Shown: positions 1-14,090, numbered from the stretch's first letter. The stretch: 64,000 nt of DNA from an uncultured Pelagibacteraceae bacterium (GCA_902629215.1 CACOQC010000002.1:14009-78008), one strand, 5' to 3'. Made by a program: numbers and translations. Notes: a model not told the origin generated them from the letters alone.

Positions 1-736
1 TAATACACTTAATTAAATCCTCTTCTTTAATTTCCTCACCATTTAAATAGCTTTCCATTAATTTTTCATCTTGTTCTACAGCTAATTCTACAAGTTCAGT
101 TCTATATTTGTTTGAAATCTCTTTTAAATCATCTGGAATATCTTTATATTCCCATTCAGCACCTAAGGCTTCATTTTTCCATACTTGAGCTTTCATCTTA
201 ACCAGATCAACTACACCTGATAAAGAAGCTTCAATACCTATTGGAACTTGTATAACTAAAGGCTTAGCTCCTAATCTATCTTTTATCATATCTACACATC
301 TAAAAAAATCAGCACCAGTTCTGTCCAATTTGTTTACAAAGCAAATTCTTGGTACTTTATATTTATCTGCTTGTCTCCAAACAGTTTCTGATTGAGGCTC
401 AACACCAGCAACACCGTCAAATACTGCAACTGCTCCATCTAGAACTTTTAGAGATCTTTCAACCTCAATTGTAAAATCTACGTGTCCAGGTGTATCAATA
501 ATATTAATTCTGTGATCTTGCCAAAAACAAGTTGTAGCTGCAGAAGTTATTGTTATTCCTCTTTCTTGTTCTTGTTCCATCCAGTCCATTGTTGCAGCAC
601 CATCATGCACTTCACCAATTTTATGACTTTTACCAGTATAATACAAAATTCTTTCTGTTGTAGTAGTTTTGCCAGCATCGATGTGGGCCATAATCCCAAT
701 GTTTCTGTATTTGTCTAATGTATGAGTTCTAGCCAT
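1..736 (-). CDS. fusA: Elongation factor G, 5' part (runs off the window start)
   Basis: Manual translation from ATG at 736: [35 protein letters not shown]...[10 protein letters not shown]; directly follows rpsG. Confidence 0.98.
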   Translation of the reverse strand, partial: MARTHTLDKYRNIGIMAHIDAGKTTTTERILYYTGKSHKIGEVHDGAATMDWMEQEQERGITITSAATTCFWQDHRINIIDTPGHVDFTIEVERSLKVLDGAVAVFDGVAGVEPQSETVWRQADKYKVPRICFVNKLDRTGADFFRCVDMIKDRLGAKPLVIQVPIGIEASLSGVVDLVKMKAQVWKNEALGAEWEYKDIPDDLKEISNKYRTELVELAVEQDEKLMESYLNGEEIKEEDLIKCI

Positions 737-742
737 AATTAA

Positions 743-1213
743 TTACCACCTGAAATGTGCAAAAGCTTTATTAGACTCTGCCATTTTATGTACGTCCTCT
801 TTTTTCTTAACAGCTGCACCTCTTCTTTCATATGCATCATAAAGTTCATTGAAAATTTTATCAGACATTAGTTTATCTTTTCTTTTTCTTGCTGAGTCTA
901 CTAACCATCTTATTGCTAAAGCTTGTGCTCTTTTACTTTTAACTTCAACTGGCACTTGATAAGTTGCTCCACCAACTCTTCTAGATCTAACTTCTACAGT
1001 TGGTTTAATATTATTAATTGCTTCATTAAATACATTGATTGGATCTTCTTTTGATTTAGTTTTAATCTTATCAATAGCGTCATAAACTATTTTTGATGCA
1101 ATACCTTTTTTTCCATCAAACATTATATTATTTATTAATTTAGGAATAATTGTTGAATTAAATTTTGGATCTGGAGTAATATTTTTTTTGGGTTGAGTTT
1201 TTTTTCTAGACAT
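743..1213 (-). CDS. rpsG: 30S ribosomal protein S7
   Basis: RVGGATYQVPVEV and HKMAESNKAFAHFRW motifs. Confidence 0.99.
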   Translation of the reverse strand: MSRKKTQPKKNITPDPKFNSTIIPKLINNIMFDGKKGIASKIVYDAIDKIKTKSKEDPINVFNEAINNIKPTVEVRSRRVGGATYQVPVEVKSKRAQALAIRWLVDSARKRKDKLMSDKIFNELYDAYERRGAAVKKKEDVHKMAESNKAFAHFRW

Positions 1214-1215
1214 TT

Positions 1216-1587
1216 TTACTTTCCTTTTTTTGTTCCATACAAAGATCGTCTTTGTTTTCTATTTGCTACTCCTTGAGTATCTAGATTTCCTCTTAAAATA
1301 TGATATCGAACACCTGGTAAATCTTTAACTCTTCCACCTCTTATTAAAACCACTGAGTGTTCTTGTAAATTATGTCCTTCACCTGGTATATAAGCGGTAA
1401 CTTCAAATCCATTTGATAATCTTACTCTTGCGACTTTTCTTAAAGCTGAATTAGGTTTTTTGGGAGTCGTTGTATATACTTTTACACAAACTCCTCTTTT
1501 AAGAGGTTGTTTTTCGAGCGCAGGAACTTTATTCCTATTTATTTGTTTAACTCTCTTTTTTTTTAACAACTGGTTAATCGTCGGCAT
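1216..1587 (-). CDS. rpsL: 30S ribosomal protein S12
   Basis: MPTINQL...[13 protein letters not shown]...[10 protein letters not shown]; start moved to the ATG at 1587, not the longer ORF call. Confidence 0.98.
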   Translation of the reverse strand: MPTINQLLKKKRVKQINRNKVPALEKQPLKRGVCVKVYTTTPKKPNSALRKVARVRLSNGFEVTAYIPGEGHNLQEHSVVLIRGGRVKDLPGVRYHILRGNLDTQGVANRKQRRSLYGTKKGK

Positions 1588-1614
1588 AAATTTTTTATAA
1601 ATTAATTGATTTTT

Positions 1615-1690
1615 GAATGAAATAACTGACAGGTTATTCATGGCAGCGTTTAGTACAATAAAAGTACTACATTCCAACCAAAAACATCGA
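1615..1690 (-). promoter_or_regulatory. Putative structured rpsL leader RNA
   Basis: Minus-strand hairpins AGTAC-TTTTATT-GTACT and AATAAC-CTGTCA-GTTATT in the rpoC-rpsL spacer; rpsL leader motifs are known in this lineage; boundaries approximate. Confidence 0.45.
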
Positions 1691-1748
1691 CAAATTACTT
1701 ATAATTTAGATTTTGTCAAACTAAAACTGGTACACAGTTGGGCTATTT

Positions 1749-4700
1749 TTATTGATTTGCTTGACTTTCAGTCGGTTCTATTTTTTCTTGCTCTGTTAAG
1801 AATTTATTGTCATCCTCAAGAGCTTTTTTATTCCACTTATTCTTAATATTTCCCGTTCCTGCTGGAACCAATCTACCGACAATAACATTTTCCTTAAGAC
1901 CGTTAAGAGGATCAATTTTGCCTTTAATAGCTGCATCTGTGAGTACTCTTGTGGTTTCTTGGAAAGATGCTGCTGAAATAAAAGACTCAGTCTGTAATGA
2001 AGCTTTCGTAATACCCATTAACACTCTTTCTCCTACCGCTAAAGTCTTACCTTCTGATTTCAGTTTCTCATTCGTGTTTTCAAATTTTATTCTATCTACT
2101 ATTTCACCAGGTAAATAACTTGAGTCACCTGAGGACTTTATCTCTATCTTTTTAAGCATTTGTCTTAATATTGTTTCAATATGTTTGTCATTTATGATTA
2201 CTCCTTGTAATCTATAAACTTCTTGAACTTGATTAACAAAATATTCGGTTAAATCTTTAATGCCCATTATTCTCAAAATATCATGAGGCAATGGTTGTCC
2301 ATCTAATAAATATTCACCTTTTTTAATTCTTTCACCTTGATTAAAATTAATATGTTTTCCTTTTGGAATTAAATAATTAGATGATTCAGATCCATCTTCA
2401 GGTACTATTGAAACTCTTTGTTTACCTCTTACCTCTTTTCCAAAAACAACCTGTCCATCATTTTCAGCTATAATGGCACTATCTTTAGCTTTTCTAGCCT
2501 CAAATAATTCTGCAACTCTAGGTAATCCACCAGTAATATCTTTTGTTTTTGTAGTTTCTTTTGGTAATCTAGCAATAACATCACCTGCTGAAACTTTTTG
2601 ACCATCTTTTACAGATAAAATTGAGTCTGGAACAAGATAATATCTTGCTTCATTGTCATCAGCTTTTTTAATTACATTACCTTTTTCATCTCTTAAAGTA
2701 ATTCTTGGTTTTAAATCAGTACTCTTTGATTGAGATCTCCAATCAACAACAGATTTTGATGAAATACCAGTCGCATCATCTGTTGTTTCTTGAATTGAAA
2801 CACCATCAATTAAATCTACATAACTCGCGATACCACTTTTTTCAGCAATAACTGGCGTTGTATAAGGATCCCACTCACAAATTTTTGTATTAGGTTTTAT
2901 TTTTTCACCATTTTTGAAAAATAACTTTGATCCATAAGCAACTTTATAAATTGCAATCTGCACACCATTATCATCCTCGATTGATAGTTGAGTATTTCTT
3001 CCCATTACAATTAAATTTTTCTTAGAGTCTTCTAAGATATTTGAGTTAATTATTTTTAATATTCCCTCATTTTTAGTTATAATTTGGGATTCTTGTTTAA
3101 CTGAAGCAGTACCACCAACGTGGAAAGTCCTCATTGTTAATTGCGTGCCAGGTTCACCAATAGACTGAGCAGAAATCATCCCAATTGCTTCACCAACATG
3201 GACCATTTTACCTCTTGATAAATCTCTACCATAACATGTTGCACAAACTCCTTCTTTTGAACTACATGTCATTACAGAGAAAACTTTTAATGATTTTATG
3301 CCAGCAGCATCTATTTCATCACACCCAGCTTCATCAATCATTGAAAGTTTTTTAATTATGACATCTCCTGTAATTGGATGTTTTACATCAAAAGCCGTTA
3401 CTCTTCCTAGAGCTCTTTCTGATAAACTTACAACTACATTCCCACCTTCCAAAATTTCAGAAAGCTCAATAAAACCTGGGTTATCACAATTTTTTTTAGT
3501 TATAGTTAAATCCTGTGCTACATCACATAATCTTCTAGTTAAATAACCTGAACTTGCTGTTTTTAAAGCTGTATCAGCTAGACCTTTTCTAGCTCCGTGA
3601 GTAGAATTGAAATATTCTAAAGCAGTTAAGCCCTCTTTAAAATTAGATGTGATTGGACTCTCAATTATCTCTCCAGACGGTTTTGCTATAAGACCTCTCA
3701 TACCAGCTAATTGTTTCATTTGTGCTGCTGAACCTCTAGCACCACTATCTGCCATCATAAATACTGAATTTATTTTTAAGCCCTCAGAAGTTTTTTCTGT
3801 AGCAGAAATCCCTTTCATCATTTCACCAGCAACTTTATCTGTACATTTTGACCATGCATCTACAACTTTGTTATATTTTTCACCTCTAGTAATCAAACCC
3901 TCTGCATATTGTGTTTCATAATCAGCAATCAACTTTTTAGTGTCTTCAATTAATTTGTTTTTACTTTCAGGTATAACTAGATCATCCTTCCCAAAAGAAA
4001 TACCTGCTTTAAATGCATGTTTAAAACCTAGGTCTTTTAATTTATCACAAAATATAACTGTCGTTTTTTGACCACAAAATCTAAAAACTATATCAATTAT
4101 TTCTGAAACAGTTTTCTTTGGCAATAATCTATCAATTAATGAAAACTTAATATTAAAGTTTTTAGGTAATAAATTTGCTAATAAAAATCTTCCAGCTGTA
4201 GAGGTATATTTTTCAAATTTTTTATTTCCTTTTTCATCTACAGTTTCAAATCTAGAAATAATTGTACTATGAACTTTAATTTGACCTGAGGACAAAGCAA
4301 ACTCTATTTGATCTGCATCTAGAAAATACCCAGCCGATTTATCAGTAAGAGGTTCTTGAGATAAATAATATATTCCCAAAATCATATCCTGACTTGGAAC
4401 AATAATTGGTTTTCCATTAGATGGTGACAAAATATTATTTGTAGATAACATTAATATTCTTGCTTCCAATTGTGCTTCTAAACTCAGTGGAACATGTACA
4501 GCCATTTGATCTCCATCAAAATCAGCATTAAAAGCAGCGCAAGTTAGGGGATGAAGTTCGATGGCATCACCTTCAATTAATTTTGGTTCAAAAGCTTGAA
4601 CACCAAGTCTATGTAATGTTGGCGCTCTATTTAATAAAACAGGATGTTCTCTTACAATTAATTCTAAAGCATCCCACACAGCATTAGTTTCTTTTTCAAC

Positions 4701-5912
4701 TAATTTTTTTGCTTGTTTGATGGTCGATGCCAATCCTAATTTATTTAGTCTCGCATATAAAAATGGCTTAAACAACTCTAAAGCCATTTTTTTTGGTAAA
4801 CCACACTCATGTAGTTTTAAATCAGGACCCACAACTATAACAGAACGTCCTGAGTAATCTACTCGCTTTCCTAAAAGATTTTGTCTAAATCTTCCTTGTT
4901 TTCCTTTTAACATCTCGGCTAAAGATTTAAGAGGTCTTTTTCCAGTTCCTGTAATTACTCTTCCACGTCTTCCATTGTCAAAAAGTGCATCTACTGACTC
5001 TTGAAGCATACGCTTCTCATTTCTTACAATAATATCAGGAGCTTTAAGATCCATTAGTCTTTTCAATCGATTATTTCTATTTATAACTCTTCGATATAAA
5101 TCATTAAGATCTGATGTTGCAAATCTTCCACCATCTAATGGAACTAAAGGTCTTAATTCAGGTGGTATCACTGGAACGACCGTCATAATCATCCACTCAG
5201 GTTTTTGACCTGTTTCAAGAAAAGACTCTATTAACTTTAATCTTTTTATTGCTCGCTCTTCATTTACTTTTGATTTTGTTTCTTTGATATAGTTTACAAG
5301 ATTCTTTCTCTCTAATTCTAAATCTAAATTTTTTAACATTTCTAGGACAGCTTCTGCTCCAATACCAGCTGAAAAAGCCTCTTCACCAAATTCATCTTGG
5401 TATTTAGCTAGTTCTTCTTCATTTAATAATTGATTTTTTTGTAATCCTGTTAATCCAGGCTCTATAACTATAAAATTTTCAAAATATAAAACTCTTTCAA
5501 TTTCTTTAAGCTTCATATCTACAGCCAAAGCTATTCTACTTGGTAAAGATTTTAAGAACCAAATATGTGCAACTGGAGTTGCTAAATTAATATGGCCCAT
5601 TCTCTCTCTTCGAACATTTGACTTTGTTACTTCAACACCACATTTTTCACAAATTATACCTCTAAACTTCATTCTTTTATATTTTCCACATAAGCACTCA
5701 TAATCTTTAATTGGACCAAAGATTCTTGCGCAGAAAAGACCATCTTTTTCAGGTCTAAAAGTTCTATAATTTATTGTCTCAGGTTTTTTTATTTCTCCAT
5801 AAGTCCATGATTTTATTTTTTCAGGACTAGCTAAAGAAATTTTAATACTATTAAAATTTTGCGTTTCTGAAATTTCAGAATTTTTAAATAAATCTGTTAA
5901 TTCTTTTTTCAT
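1749..5912 (-). CDS. rpoC: RNA polymerase beta' subunit
   Basis: NADFDGD catalytic motif, N-terminal zinc ribbon, 1387 aa. Confidence 0.99.
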   Translation of the reverse strand: MKKELTDLFKNSEISETQNFNSIKISLASPEKIKSWTYGEIKKPETINYRTFRPEKDGLFCARIFGPIKDYECLCGKYKRMKFRGIICEKCGVEVTKSNVRRERMGHINLATPVAHIWFLKSLPSRIALAVDMKLKEIERVLYFENFIVIEPGLTGLQKNQLLNEEELAKYQDEFGEEAFSAGIGAEAVLEMLKNLDLELERKNLVNYIKETKSKVNEERAIKRLKLIESFLETGQKPEWMIMTVVPVIPPELRPLVPLDGGRFATSDLNDLYRRVINRNNRLKRLMDLKAPDIIVRNEKRMLQESVDALFDNGRRGRVITGTGKRPLKSLAEMLKGKQGRFRQNLLGKRVDYSGRSVIVVGPDLKLHECGLPKKMALELFKPFLYARLNKLGLASTIKQAKKLVEKETNAVWDALELIVREHPVLLNRAPTLHRLGVQAFEPKLIEGDAIELHPLTCAAFNADFDGDQMAVHVPLSLEAQLEARILMLSTNNILSPSNGKPIIVPSQDMILGIYYLSQEPLTDKSAGYFLDADQIEFALSSGQIKVHSTIISRFETVDEKGNKKFEKYTSTAGRFLLANLLPKNFNIKFSLIDRLLPKKTVSEIIDIVFRFCGQKTTVIFCDKLKDLGFKHAFKAGISFGKDDLVIPESKNKLIEDTKKLIADYETQYAEGLITRGEKYNKVVDAWSKCTDKVAGEMMKGISATEKTSEGLKINSVFMMADSGARGSAAQMKQLAGMRGLIAKPSGEIIESPITSNFKEGLTALEYFNSTHGARKGLADTALKTASSGYLTRRLCDVAQDLTITKKNCDNPGFIELSEILEGGNVVVSLSERALGRVTAFDVKHPITGDVIIKKLSMIDEAGCDEIDAAGIKSLKVFSVMTCSSKEGVCATCYGRDLSRGKMVHVGEAIGMISAQSIGEPGTQLTMRTFHVGGTASVKQESQIITKNEGILKIINSNILEDSKKNLIVMGRNTQLSIEDDNGVQIAIYKVAYGSKLFFKNGEKIKPNTKICEWDPYTTPVIAEKSGIASYVDLIDGVSIQETTDDATGISSKSVVDWRSQSKSTDLKPRITLRDEKGNVIKKADDNEARYYLVPDSILSVKDGQKVSAGDVIARLPKETTKTKDITGGLPRVAELFEARKAKDSAIIAENDGQVVFGKEVRGKQRVSIVPEDGSESSNYLIPKGKHINFNQGERIKKGEYLLDGQPLPHDILRIMGIKDLTEYFVNQVQEVYRLQGVIINDKHIETILRQMLKKIEIKSSGDSSYLPGEIVDRIKFENTNEKLKSEGKTLAVGERVLMGITKASLQTESFISAASFQETTRVLTDAAIKGKIDPLNGLKENVIVGRLVPAGTGNIKNKWNKKALEDDNKFLTEQEKIEPTESQANQ

Positions 5913-5914
5913 AA

Positions 5915-8900
5915 TTAATTTAACTCCACATTTAAAGCTAAAGACTTAATTTCTTTAACAAGAACGTTAAATGACTCTGGAATACCTGATTCAAAATTTT
6001 CTTCACCTTTCACAATTGTCTCATAAACTTTAACACGACCTGCAACGTCATCTGATTTGACAGTCAAAATCTCTTGAAGAGTATAAGAAGCTCCATAAGC
6101 CTCTAAAGCCCATACTTCCATTTCACCAAATCTTTGTCCTCCTAGTTGTGCTTTTCCGCCTAGAGGTTGTTGTGTAACTAAACTATATGGACCTGTTGAT
6201 CTAGCATGAATTTTATCTTCAACTAAATGATGTAGCTTTAACATGTAAATTATTCCAACTGTTACTGGTCTATCAAATTTTTCACCTGTTCTACCATCCC
6301 ATAAAAATGTTTGTCCTGACCCAGGTAGTTTGGCTAACTCAAGCATTTCTGTTACATTTTTTTCTTTAGCACCATCAAATACTGGAGTAGATATCGCTAT
6401 TCCATTTTGTAAATTTTCACACAAATCTCTAAATTCAGTTTTGCTTAATTTATCAACTTTATTGTTAAAAATTTCTTCACCATAAACAGATTTTAAAAAG
6501 GATGCAATTTTCTCAGTTTTATCAATTTTCTTATTGTTATCATTTACTAATCTTTTTACTTCTTCACCAAATTCTTTACATGCCCATCCTAAATGAGTTT
6601 CTAAAATTTGTCCCACATTCATCCTACTTGGAACTCCCAAAGGATTTAAAACAATATCAACTGGTTTTCCGTCTTCTCTGTAAGGCATATCTTCAACAGG
6701 AACAATTTTACTAACAACACCTTTGTTTCCATGACGACCTGACATTTTATCACCAGGTCTTAGTCGTCTTTTAATAGCAACAAAAACTTTTACCATTTTC
6801 ATAACACTTGGTAAAAGATCATCACCACTTCGAATTTTTAAAACTTTATCTTCAAATCTTTCTGTTATATCTTGTTTGGCTTTATTATATTGATCTTTTA
6901 ATTGTAATAATAAATTTTCATTATTTGTATTACCATTAGTAATCTTAAAAATTTCGTTCATGTTTAATTTGTCAATAATTTCAAAATCTAATTTAGTTCC
7001 AGGATTGATATCTTTTACTTTTTTTGTGATTGATGATCCTGATAAAATTTGAGAAGCTCTTTGTTTAATACTTCTCTCAAGTATTTCTTCCTCTACTAAT
7101 TTATCTTGTTGAACTTGTTCAATTTCAGCTCTTTCAATCGTTATTGATCTTTCATCTTTTTCTATACCATGTCTGTTAAAAACTCTTACATCAACAACAG
7201 TTCCACTGCTACCTCTTGACATTCTAAGTGATGTGTCAGTAACATCTATAGCTTTTTCTCCAAAAATTGATCTTAACAATTTTTCTTCAGGACCTGATGC
7301 AGTATCTCCTTTTGGTGTAACTTTTCCAACCAATATATCTCCAGCATTAACCTCTGCCCCTATATAAACTATCCCAGACTCATCAAGATTTTTTAATGCC
7401 TCTTCATTAACATTGGGTATATCTCTAGTTATTTCTTCCTCACCTAATTTAGTATCTCTCGCCATTATTTCATACTCAACTATATGCACTGATGTGAAAA
7501 CATCATCTGTTACACATCTTTCAGAAATTAAAATAGAATCTTCAAAATTGTAACCTTGCCATGGCATAAATGCGACTGTAACATTTTTCCCCAAAGCTAG
7601 TTCACCAAGTTTAGTTGAAGGACCATCTGCTATGATGTCTCCAGTCTTAACTTTATCTCCTACTCTAACAAGAGGTCTTTGATTAATACATGTATTTTGA
7701 TTTGATCTTTTAAATTTCTGTAAGTTATAAATATCAACACCTGATTTTGAAAAATCAGCTTCCTCGGTAACTTTTATTACAATCCTTTTACCATCAATTT
7801 TATCAACAATTCCATCTCTTTTAGCTACTATCGTCACACCCGAGTCTAAAGCTACATCGCTTTCAATACCTGTACCAACTAAGGGTGCTTCAGGTTTTAA
7901 TAATGGAACTGCTTGTCTCATCATATTAGATCCCATTAAAGCTCTGTTCGCATCATCATTTTCCAGAAAAGGAATTAAAGATGCAGCAACAGAAACTAAC
8001 TGTTTAGGTGATACATCAATATAATCAATTGTTTCTGGTTTTGATAAAAGGAAATTTAAATTTTGTCTACATGAAACTAATTCTTCTAAAATTTTTCCAT
8101 TTTTATCTATTTTAGTATTAGCTTGTGCAATTGTGAATTTTGTTTCTTCCATTGCAGATAAATACTCAACTTTATCTTGAACAACGCCATTTTTTACTCT
8201 TTTATATGGACTCTCTATAAATCCGTATTTGTTAATTTTTGCATAAGTTGATAAACTATTAATTAAACCAATATTTGGTCCCTCAGGTGTCTCAATTGGA
8301 CAGATTCTTCCATAATGAGTTGGGTGAACATCCCTTACTTCAAATCCAGCTCTTTCTCTAGTCAAACCACCAGGACCTAAAGCTGACACTCTTCTTTTAT
8401 GAGTAATTTCAGAAAGTGGATTAGTTTGATCCATAAACTGTGAGAGTTGAGAACTTGCAAAAAAATCTTTAAGTGAAACGGTTAATGGTTTTGCGTTAAT
8501 TAAGTCTTGGGGCATTGCAGACTCTACATCTAAAGTTGTCATTTTTTCTTTTATGGCTCTTTCCATTCTATAAACACCAATACGTGCTTGATTTTCTACT
8601 AACTCGCCAACAGATCTGACTCTTCTATTTCCTAAGTGATCAATGTCATCAACTTCATCTTTTCCATCTCTTAAATCGAGCATCTTTTTTATAATAGCAA
8701 TAATGTCATCATTTCTTAAAATTGTAATTTTGTCTGAACATTCAAGATTTAATCTTGAGTTCATTTTTACCCTACCAACGTCAGATAAGTCGTATCTATC
8801 TGAGCTAAAGAATAAATTATTGAAAATTTGTGTAGCAATTTCGATTGTTGGAGGTTCTCCAGGTCTTAACATTTTATATATTTCTGTTATCGCTTCATCT

Positions 8901-10003
8901 TTTGAATTATTTTTATCATTAAAGATTGTAGATAATAAATATGGACCTTTGTTAATTGAATTAGTTGTAGAAACTTGCAGAGAACTTATATTTGCATCTA
9001 TAATTTGTTGAATAATAGTATCGTTAAGCTCTGTTCCAATTTGTAAAGTACCTTTTTCTTCATCATTTAACTTAATCTCATTGTGTAAAAATTTACCAAA
9101 TAAAGATTCTCTTGAAACAAAAATATCTTTTAAACCGTCATTTGCTAATTTTTTAGCATTAAGAAAATTAATTTTTTCACCATGTTTTATAACTACTTTA
9201 CCTGTTTTAGCATCAACTATCTCTTCAGAAAAATTTTTTGCTTTATAATTTTCAGGGTTAAATTTTGTTTTCCATTTTTCTGTTTTAAAGTCAAAACTAT
9301 ATTTTTCGTTTTCATAAAATTCATTAACGATTTCTTGTTTGGAATATCCTAAAGCTAATAGAAGTGTTGAAGCAAAAATCTTTTTCTTTCTATCGATCTT
9401 AAAATATAAAAAATCTTTGACATCATATTCAAAATCTAACCATGATCCCCTATTTGGAATTACTCGACAATTAAATAATAGTTTTCCACTTGCATGTGTT
9501 TTACCTTTGTCATGATCAAAAAATACACCAGGGCTTCTATGCATTTGGTTAACTACAACTCTTTGAACTCCATTTGTTATAAAAGTTCCACTATTTGTCA
9601 TCATTGGAACTTCTCCCATGTAAACTTCTTGTTCTTTTGCAGATAAAATATCTTTAGTGTTATTTTCTTGATCTATTTCATATACTACTAGTCTCAAAGT
9701 ACATTTTAATGCTGATGAATAAGTTAATCCTCTATCGATACACTCCTCAACATCAAATTTAGGTTTTTCAAGTCTGTAAGAAACATACTCTAATGTTGCT
9801 TTATCATTTAAATCTTCAATAGGGAAAATGCTTTTAAAAACTCTTTCAAATCCTTTTGTTATTTCACCAGCATTATTCTCAAAATCTGTTAATTCTTTAT
9901 ATGAATTTTTTTGTACCTCTATTAAATTTGGAATAGATAAACTCTCATTAAGTTTACCAAAATTTTTTCTAATATTCTTTTTTTCAGTAAAAGATATTTG
10001 CAT
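5915..10003 (-). CDS. rpoB: RNA polymerase beta subunit
   Basis: [12 protein letters not shown] and [16 protein letters not shown] motifs. Confidence 0.99.
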   Translation of the reverse strand: MQISFTEKKNIRKNFGKLNESLSIPNLIEVQKNSYKELTDFENNAGEITKGFERVFKSIFPIEDLNDKATLEYVSYRLEKPKFDVEECIDRGLTYSSALKCTLRLVVYEIDQENNTKDILSAKEQEVYMGEVPMMTNSGTFITNGVQRVVVNQMHRSPGVFFDHDKGKTHASGKLLFNCRVIPNRGSWLDFEYDVKDFLYFKIDRKKKIFASTLLLALGYSKQEIVNEFYENEKYSFDFKTEKWKTKFNPENYKAKNFSEEIVDAKTGKVVIKHGEKINFLNAKKLANDGLKDIFVSRESLFGKFLHNEIKLNDEEKGTLQIGTELNDTIIQQIIDANISSLQVSTTNSINKGPYLLSTIFNDKNNSKDEAITEIYKMLRPGEPPTIEIATQIFNNLFFSSDRYDLSDVGRVKMNSRLNLECSDKITILRNDDIIAIIKKMLDLRDGKDEVDDIDHLGNRRVRSVGELVENQARIGVYRMERAIKEKMTTLDVESAMPQDLINAKPLTVSLKDFFASSQLSQFMDQTNPLSEITHKRRVSALGPGGLTRERAGFEVRDVHPTHYGRICPIETPEGPNIGLINSLSTYAKINKYGFIESPYKRVKNGVVQDKVEYLSAMEETKFTIAQANTKIDKNGKILEELVSCRQNLNFLLSKPETIDYIDVSPKQLVSVAASLIPFLENDDANRALMGSNMMRQAVPLLKPEAPLVGTGIESDVALDSGVTIVAKRDGIVDKIDGKRIVIKVTEEADFSKSGVDIYNLQKFKRSNQNTCINQRPLVRVGDKVKTGDIIADGPSTKLGELALGKNVTVAFMPWQGYNFEDSILISERCVTDDVFTSVHIVEYEIMARDTKLGEEEITRDIPNVNEEALKNLDESGIVYIGAEVNAGDILVGKVTPKGDTASGPEEKLLRSIFGEKAIDVTDTSLRMSRGSSGTVVDVRVFNRHGIEKDERSITIERAEIEQVQQDKLVEEEILERSIKQRASQILSGSSITKKVKDINPGTKLDFEIIDKLNMNEIFKITNGNTNNENLLLQLKDQYNKAKQDITERFEDKVLKIRSGDDLLPSVMKMVKVFVAIKRRLRPGDKMSGRHGNKGVVSKIVPVEDMPYREDGKPVDIVLNPLGVPSRMNVGQILETHLGWACKEFGEEVKRLVNDNNKKIDKTEKIASFLKSVYGEEIFNNKVDKLSKTEFRDLCENLQNGIAISTPVFDGAKEKNVTEMLELAKLPGSGQTFLWDGRTGEKFDRPVTVGIIYMLKLHHLVEDKIHARSTGPYSLVTQQPLGGKAQLGGQRFGEMEVWALEAYGASYTLQEILTVKSDDVAGRVKVYETIVKGEENFESGIPESFNVLVKEIKSLALNVELN

Positions 10004-10056
10004 TTATGTATTAATACTGATGAAAATAATCAGTATTTATTTAAGTCCTTATTAAA

Positions 10057-10422
10057 TTATTTAAGTTCTACTTTTGCGCCTGCAGCTTCTAATTTAGCTT
10101 TAATTTCTTCTGCTTCTTTTTTTGGAACACCAGCTTTAACTTCTTTTGGCGCTCCTTCGACTAAGTCCTTCGCTTCTTTCAAACCTAATGAAGTTGCTGC
10201 TCTTACTTCTTTAATAACATTAATTTTTTTATCACCTGCAGAAACTAACATGATAGTAAAATCATCTTTTTCTTCTGCAGCCGCTGCACCGCCAGCTGCT
10301 GCCGGAGCTGCTGCTGCCATTGGTGTTACGCCCCATTTTTCCTCAAGTTGCTTTGAAAGATCTGCAGCTTCGGCTACAGTCAAACTTGATAAATCTTCTA
10401 TAATTTTATTTAAATCAGCCAT
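10057..10422 (-). CDS. rplL: 50S ribosomal protein L7/L12
   Basis: Ala-rich hinge, [11 protein letters not shown]. Confidence 0.99.
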   Translation of the reverse strand: MADLNKIIEDLSSLTVAEAADLSKQLEEKWGVTPMAAAAPAAAGGAAAAEEKDDFTIMLVSAGDKKINVIKEVRAATSLGLKEAKDLVEGAPKEVKAGVPKKEAEEIKAKLEAAGAKVELK

Positions 10423-10426
10423 ATGT

Positions 10427-10948
10427 TTACTCTTTTGGTTTTGTTTCAGAATTTTCTGGGGGTAAACTACTCATTTTTTCTGAACGTGCAAGCAAAATAC
10501 TTACTATTTTTGATGCAGGAGCATTCAAAATACCCACAATATTTGCTCTTGCCTCGTCTAAAGTTGGTAAATTTGCGACATTCATGACCCCTGCATGATC
10601 AAGAACCTCATTATCCATCATTCCACCAATTAATTTTAGATTCTCATTATCTTTAGCAAATTTTGATAGAATTCTTGCCGACATAATAGCATCTTCACCA
10701 AAAGCTACAGCTGTTGGTCCAGTAAACAAACTTGATAAATCTTTACATTTAGTTTTTTCTAAAGCTAATTTTGTTATCCTATTTTTTGTAATCTTGAAAA
10801 TTATTCCATGTTCTCTCATTTTTGATCTTAAATCGTCAAGTTGTGTCATAGTTAATCCTTGATAATGAGTTACCATGACTGCTTTACTATTTTCAAATTG
10901 AGTAGTTATCTCAGAAATATAATTCTTTTTTTGTTCTTTGTTCATCAT
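10427..10948 (-). CDS. rplJ: 50S ribosomal protein L10
   Basis: [12 protein letters not shown] and FTGPTAVAF motifs; operon position. Confidence 0.97.
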   Translation of the reverse strand: MMNKEQKKNYISEITTQFENSKAVMVTHYQGLTMTQLDDLRSKMREHGIIFKITKNRITKLALEKTKCKDLSSLFTGPTAVAFGEDAIMSARILSKFAKDNENLKLIGGMMDNEVLDHAGVMNVANLPTLDEARANIVGILNAPASKIVSILLARSEKMSSLPPENSETKPKE

Positions 10949-10953
10949 AATAA

Positions 10954-11643
10954 TTAAAAATTCTTCCCTAATTTAACTTTGTATGAAACTCCCATAGTGG
11001 AAGTAATAAATGTAGATTTGATCAAATCACCTTTAACTGTATTATTAGATTTTTCTTTTTCTAAAGTTTCAATTATTGCATTAAAATTTTTAATCAATTT
11101 ATCATCACTAAATGACTTTTTTCCTATACTCACACCTATATTTCCATCTTTGTCATTTCTAATTTCTGCTTGTCCTGATTTTGCTTCAGATATAGCTTTT
11201 TTTACATCCGGGGTAACTGAACCTAATTTAGGATTTGGCATTAAACCTTTTGGTCCTAAAACTTTTCCAAGCTTAGATAGTTTAACCATCATTGCTGGAG
11301 TACAAATTAACTTTTCAAAATTAATTTCACCATCTTTAATTTTCTCTATAAAATCATCTCCACCAACTATATCTGCACCAGCAGCTTTAGCCTCTTCAGC
11401 TTTTGCCTCTTCACAAACTACAGCAACTTTAATTTTTTTTCCTGTTCCACCTGGAAGATTAACAACAGTTCTAATGTTAATTTCACTTTTTTTTTGCTTA
11501 TTATTTATTTGTAAACTTAAATCTATTGACTCATCAAATTTGATAGTACAATTCTTTTTAATAACAGGTAATAGCTTTTCTAATAATTCGGGTGCTAATT
11601 CATTTGTTTTTTCTGGAAGTTTTTTATATCTTTTTGACGACAT
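10954..11643 (-). CDS. rplA: 50S ribosomal protein L1
   Basis: LGKVLGPKGLMPNPKLGSVT. Confidence 0.98.
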   Translation of the reverse strand: MSSKRYKKLPEKTNELAPELLEKLLPVIKKNCTIKFDESIDLSLQINNKQKKSEINIRTVVNLPGGTGKKIKVAVVCEEAKAEEAKAAGADIVGGDDFIEKIKDGEINFEKLICTPAMMVKLSKLGKVLGPKGLMPNPKLGSVTPDVKKAISEAKSGQAEIRNDKDGNIGVSIGKKSFSDDKLIKNFNAIIETLEKEKSNNTVKGDLIKSTFITSTMGVSYKVKLGKNF

Positions 11644-12074
11644 TATTCTTTCACCTCTATACCCATTGATCTAGCTGAACCTGCTATAATTTTAACAGCT
11701 TGTTCTAAATCTAAAGCATTTAAATCTTTCATTTTTTGTTTTGCAATTTCCTCAGCTTGTTTTTTTGTAATTGAGGCTACAATATTTCTTCCCGGTTCTT
11801 GAGAACCACTTTTAAGTTTTGCAGCTTCTCTTATAAAAAAAGATGCTGGTGGTGATTTAATCTTAAAATCAAATTTTTTATCTTTATAAACCGTAATTTC
11901 AACTGGCACAGGTTTTCCAGCAAGTGATTTTGTTTTGTCATTAAAAGCTTTACAAAATTCCATAATATTAACACCACGTTGACCTAAAGCTGGACCAACT
12001 GGTGGTGCTGGGTTTGCTTGACCACCTTTAATTTGTAATTTTATAAATCCACTTATTTCTTTTTTAGCTGCCAT
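11643..12074 (-). CDS. rplK: 50S ribosomal protein L11
   Basis: [26 protein letters not shown]. Confidence 0.99.
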   Translation of the reverse strand: MAAKKEISGFIKLQIKGGQANPAPPVGPALGQRGVNIMEFCKAFNDKTKSLAGKPVPVEITVYKDKKFDFKIKSPPASFFIREAAKLKSGSQEPGRNIVASITKKQAEEIAKQKMKDLNALDLEQAVKIIAGSARSMGIEVKE

Positions 12075-12604
12075 TAACTTACTTTCTCAACTTGGTTATA
12101 TTCTAAATCCACTGGTGTTGGTCTACCAAATATCGATACAGAAACTTTTAATCTAGATTTTTCTTCATCAACATCCTCTACCATGCCACTAAACGATGCA
12201 AAAGGTCCATCTACTACTTGTACCTTTTCACCAACACTGTACTCTATACCTGATTTTGGTTGAGCCACTCCATCTTTAATTTGTCCTAAAATTTTTTCAA
12301 TTTCTTTATCTGACACGGGGACAGGGATCCCTTTTGTTCCTAAAAAACCGCTTACTCTTTTTATATTTTTAATCATATGGTAAATGTTATTATCCATTTC
12401 ACTTTTAATTAACACATACCCTGGAAAATACTTTTTTTTTCTTTGAACTCTTTTACCTCTTTTAACTTCAGTAACATCATGTGTTGGTACTATAATTTCT
12501 TCAAATTTTTCTGCAATTTTAGCTTTATCAGCTTCCTCTTTAATTAAGCCAGCTACTTTATTTTCAAAACTTGAATGAGATTGAACAATATACCAATTTT
12601 TCAT
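12074..12604 (-). CDS. nusG: Transcription termination/antitermination factor NusG
   Basis: FPGYVL, KOW motif [19 protein letters not shown]. Confidence 0.99.
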   Translation of the reverse strand: MKNWYIVQSHSSFENKVAGLIKEEADKAKIAEKFEEIIVPTHDVTEVKRGKRVQRKKKYFPGYVLIKSEMDNNIYHMIKNIKRVSGFLGTKGIPVPVSDKEIEKILGQIKDGVAQPKSGIEYSVGEKVQVVDGPFASFSGMVEDVDEEKSRLKVSVSIFGRPTPVDLEYNQVEKVS

Positions 12605-12795
12605 TATATACTTATCCTAAGTAATAATTCTAAAAAAAACTTTAGAATCTGATCTAGCAAAAGAAAAAATAGCGACATAACTACCGCCATAGCAAAAACC
12701 ATCAAAGCACCTTGTAATGTTTCTTTACCTGTTGGCCAGGTAACTTTAAAAGCTTCTTGTTTTACTTCCTGTATAAATTTAATCGGGTTTCTCAT
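12604..12795 (-). CDS. secE: Preprotein translocase subunit SecE
   Basis: EAFKVTWPT plus one TM helix; sits between tRNA-Trp and nusG. Confidence 0.96.
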   Translation of the reverse strand: MRNPIKFIQEVKQEAFKVTWPTGKETLQGALMVFAMAVVMSLFFLLLDQILKFFLELLLRISI

Positions 12796-12814
12796 AATTT
12801 AATTTATAACTTTT

Positions 12815-12890
12815 TGGCAGGAGCGGAGGGACTCGAACCCTCAGCCTCCGGTTTTGGAGACCGGCGCTCTACCAATTGAGCTACACTCCT
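12815..12890 (-). tRNA. tRNA-Trp(CCA)
   Basis: AGGAGTGTAGCTCAATTGGTAGAGCGCCGGTCTCCAAAACCGG...TTCGAGTCCCTCCGCTCCTGCCA; cloverleaf, CCA anticodon, encoded CCA end. Confidence 0.97.
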
Positions 12891-12899
12891 ATATAGAGC

Positions 12900-14090
12900 T
12901 TACTCTATAATTTTAGTTACTACTCCAGCTCCAACTGTTCTTCCACCTTCACGAATAGCAAAATTTAATTTTTCTGACATCGCAATTGGTGTAATTAATT
13001 TAACTGTAAACTTTGCATCATCACCAGGCATAACCATTTCTGTTCCTGATGGTAACTCTACTTCACCAGTTACATCTGTTGTTCTAAAATAAAACTGAGG
13101 TCTATACTTAGTAAAGAATGGTGTATGTCTTCCACCTTCCTCTTTCTTAAGCACATAAGCTTGAGCTTCAAACTTAGTGTGTGGTGTAACCGAACCAGAT
13201 TTACAAAGCACTTGGCCTCTTTCAACATCTGTTCTTTCAACACCTCTTAATAATACACCAATGTTATCACCTGCTTCGCCTGAGTCTAAAAGTTTTCTAA
13301 ACATTTCAACACCAGTACAAACTGATTTTTTAGTTTCTCTTATTCCTACTATTTCAATCTCATCACCAGTTTTAATAACGCCAGACTCTACTCTACCTGT
13401 AACAACTGTACCTCTTCCTGAAATAGAAAAAACATCCTCTACAGGCATTAAAAAATCTTTATCTTTTGGTCTGTCAGGTTGTGGAATAAATTCATCAACG
13501 TTTTTCATTAATTCTAAAATTGAATTTTTTCCAATTTCATCGTCTCTACCCTCAACCGCTGCCAATGCAGAGCCTTTGGCTATTGGAGTTTTATCTCCTG
13601 GAAATTTATAAGAAGTTAACAATTCTTTAATTTCTTCTTCAACAAGATCAATCATTTCTTTGTCATCAACTTGATCTACTTTATTTAAGTACACAACAAT
13701 CGCTGGTACACCAACTTGCCTTGCTAAAAGAATGTGTTCTCTAGTTTGAGGCATAGGGCCGTCTGCTGCGTTAACAACAAGTATTGCTCCATCCATTTGT
13801 GCAGCACCAGTGATCATATTTTTAACATAGTCAGCATGTCCAGGACAGTCTACATGTGCATAATGTCTTTTTTCTGTTTCATACTCAACGTGAGCAGTTG
13901 AAATTGTAATTCCTCTTTCTTTTTCTTCTGGAGCTTTATCAATTTGATCATATGCAATTGCAGTAGCACCACCTGTTTCTGCTAAAACTTTTGTGATAGC
14001 TGCAGTCAAAGTTGTTTTACCATGGTCCACATGACCAATGGTACCGATATTACAATGCGGTTTATTCCTTACAAATTTTTCTTTCGACAT
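12900..14090 (-). CDS. tuf: Elongation factor Tu
   Basis: [24 protein letters not shown]. Confidence 0.99.
   Translation of the reverse strand: MSKEKFVRNKPHCNIGTIGHVDHGKTTLTAAITKVLAETGGATAIAYDQIDKAPEEKERGITISTAHVEYETEKRHYAHVDCPGHADYVKNMITGAAQMDGAILVVNAADGPMPQTREHILLARQVGVPAIVVYLNKVDQVDDKEMIDLVEEEIKELLTSYKFPGDKTPIAKGSALAAVEGRDDEIGKNSILELMKNVDEFIPQPDRPKDKDFLMPVEDVFSISGRGTVVTGRVESGVIKTGDEIEIVGIRETKKSVCTGVEMFRKLLDSGEAGDNIGVLLRGVERTDVERGQVLCKSGSVTPHTKFEAQAYVLKKEEGGRHTPFFTKYRPQFYFRTTDVTGEVELPSGTEMVMPGDDAKFTVKLITPIAMSEKLNFAIREGGRTVGAGVVTKIIE

Noticed and set aside
1588-1677. 30-aa N-terminal extension of S12 in the ORF track
   Set aside because: S12 canonically starts MPTINQL; the extension is leader sequence
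482-13611. Plus-strand ORFs antisense to fusA, rpoC, rpoB, rplL, rplA and tuf (e.g. 10979-11674, 13177-13611)
   Set aside because: Shadow frames of highly conserved genes, with no recognisable protein features
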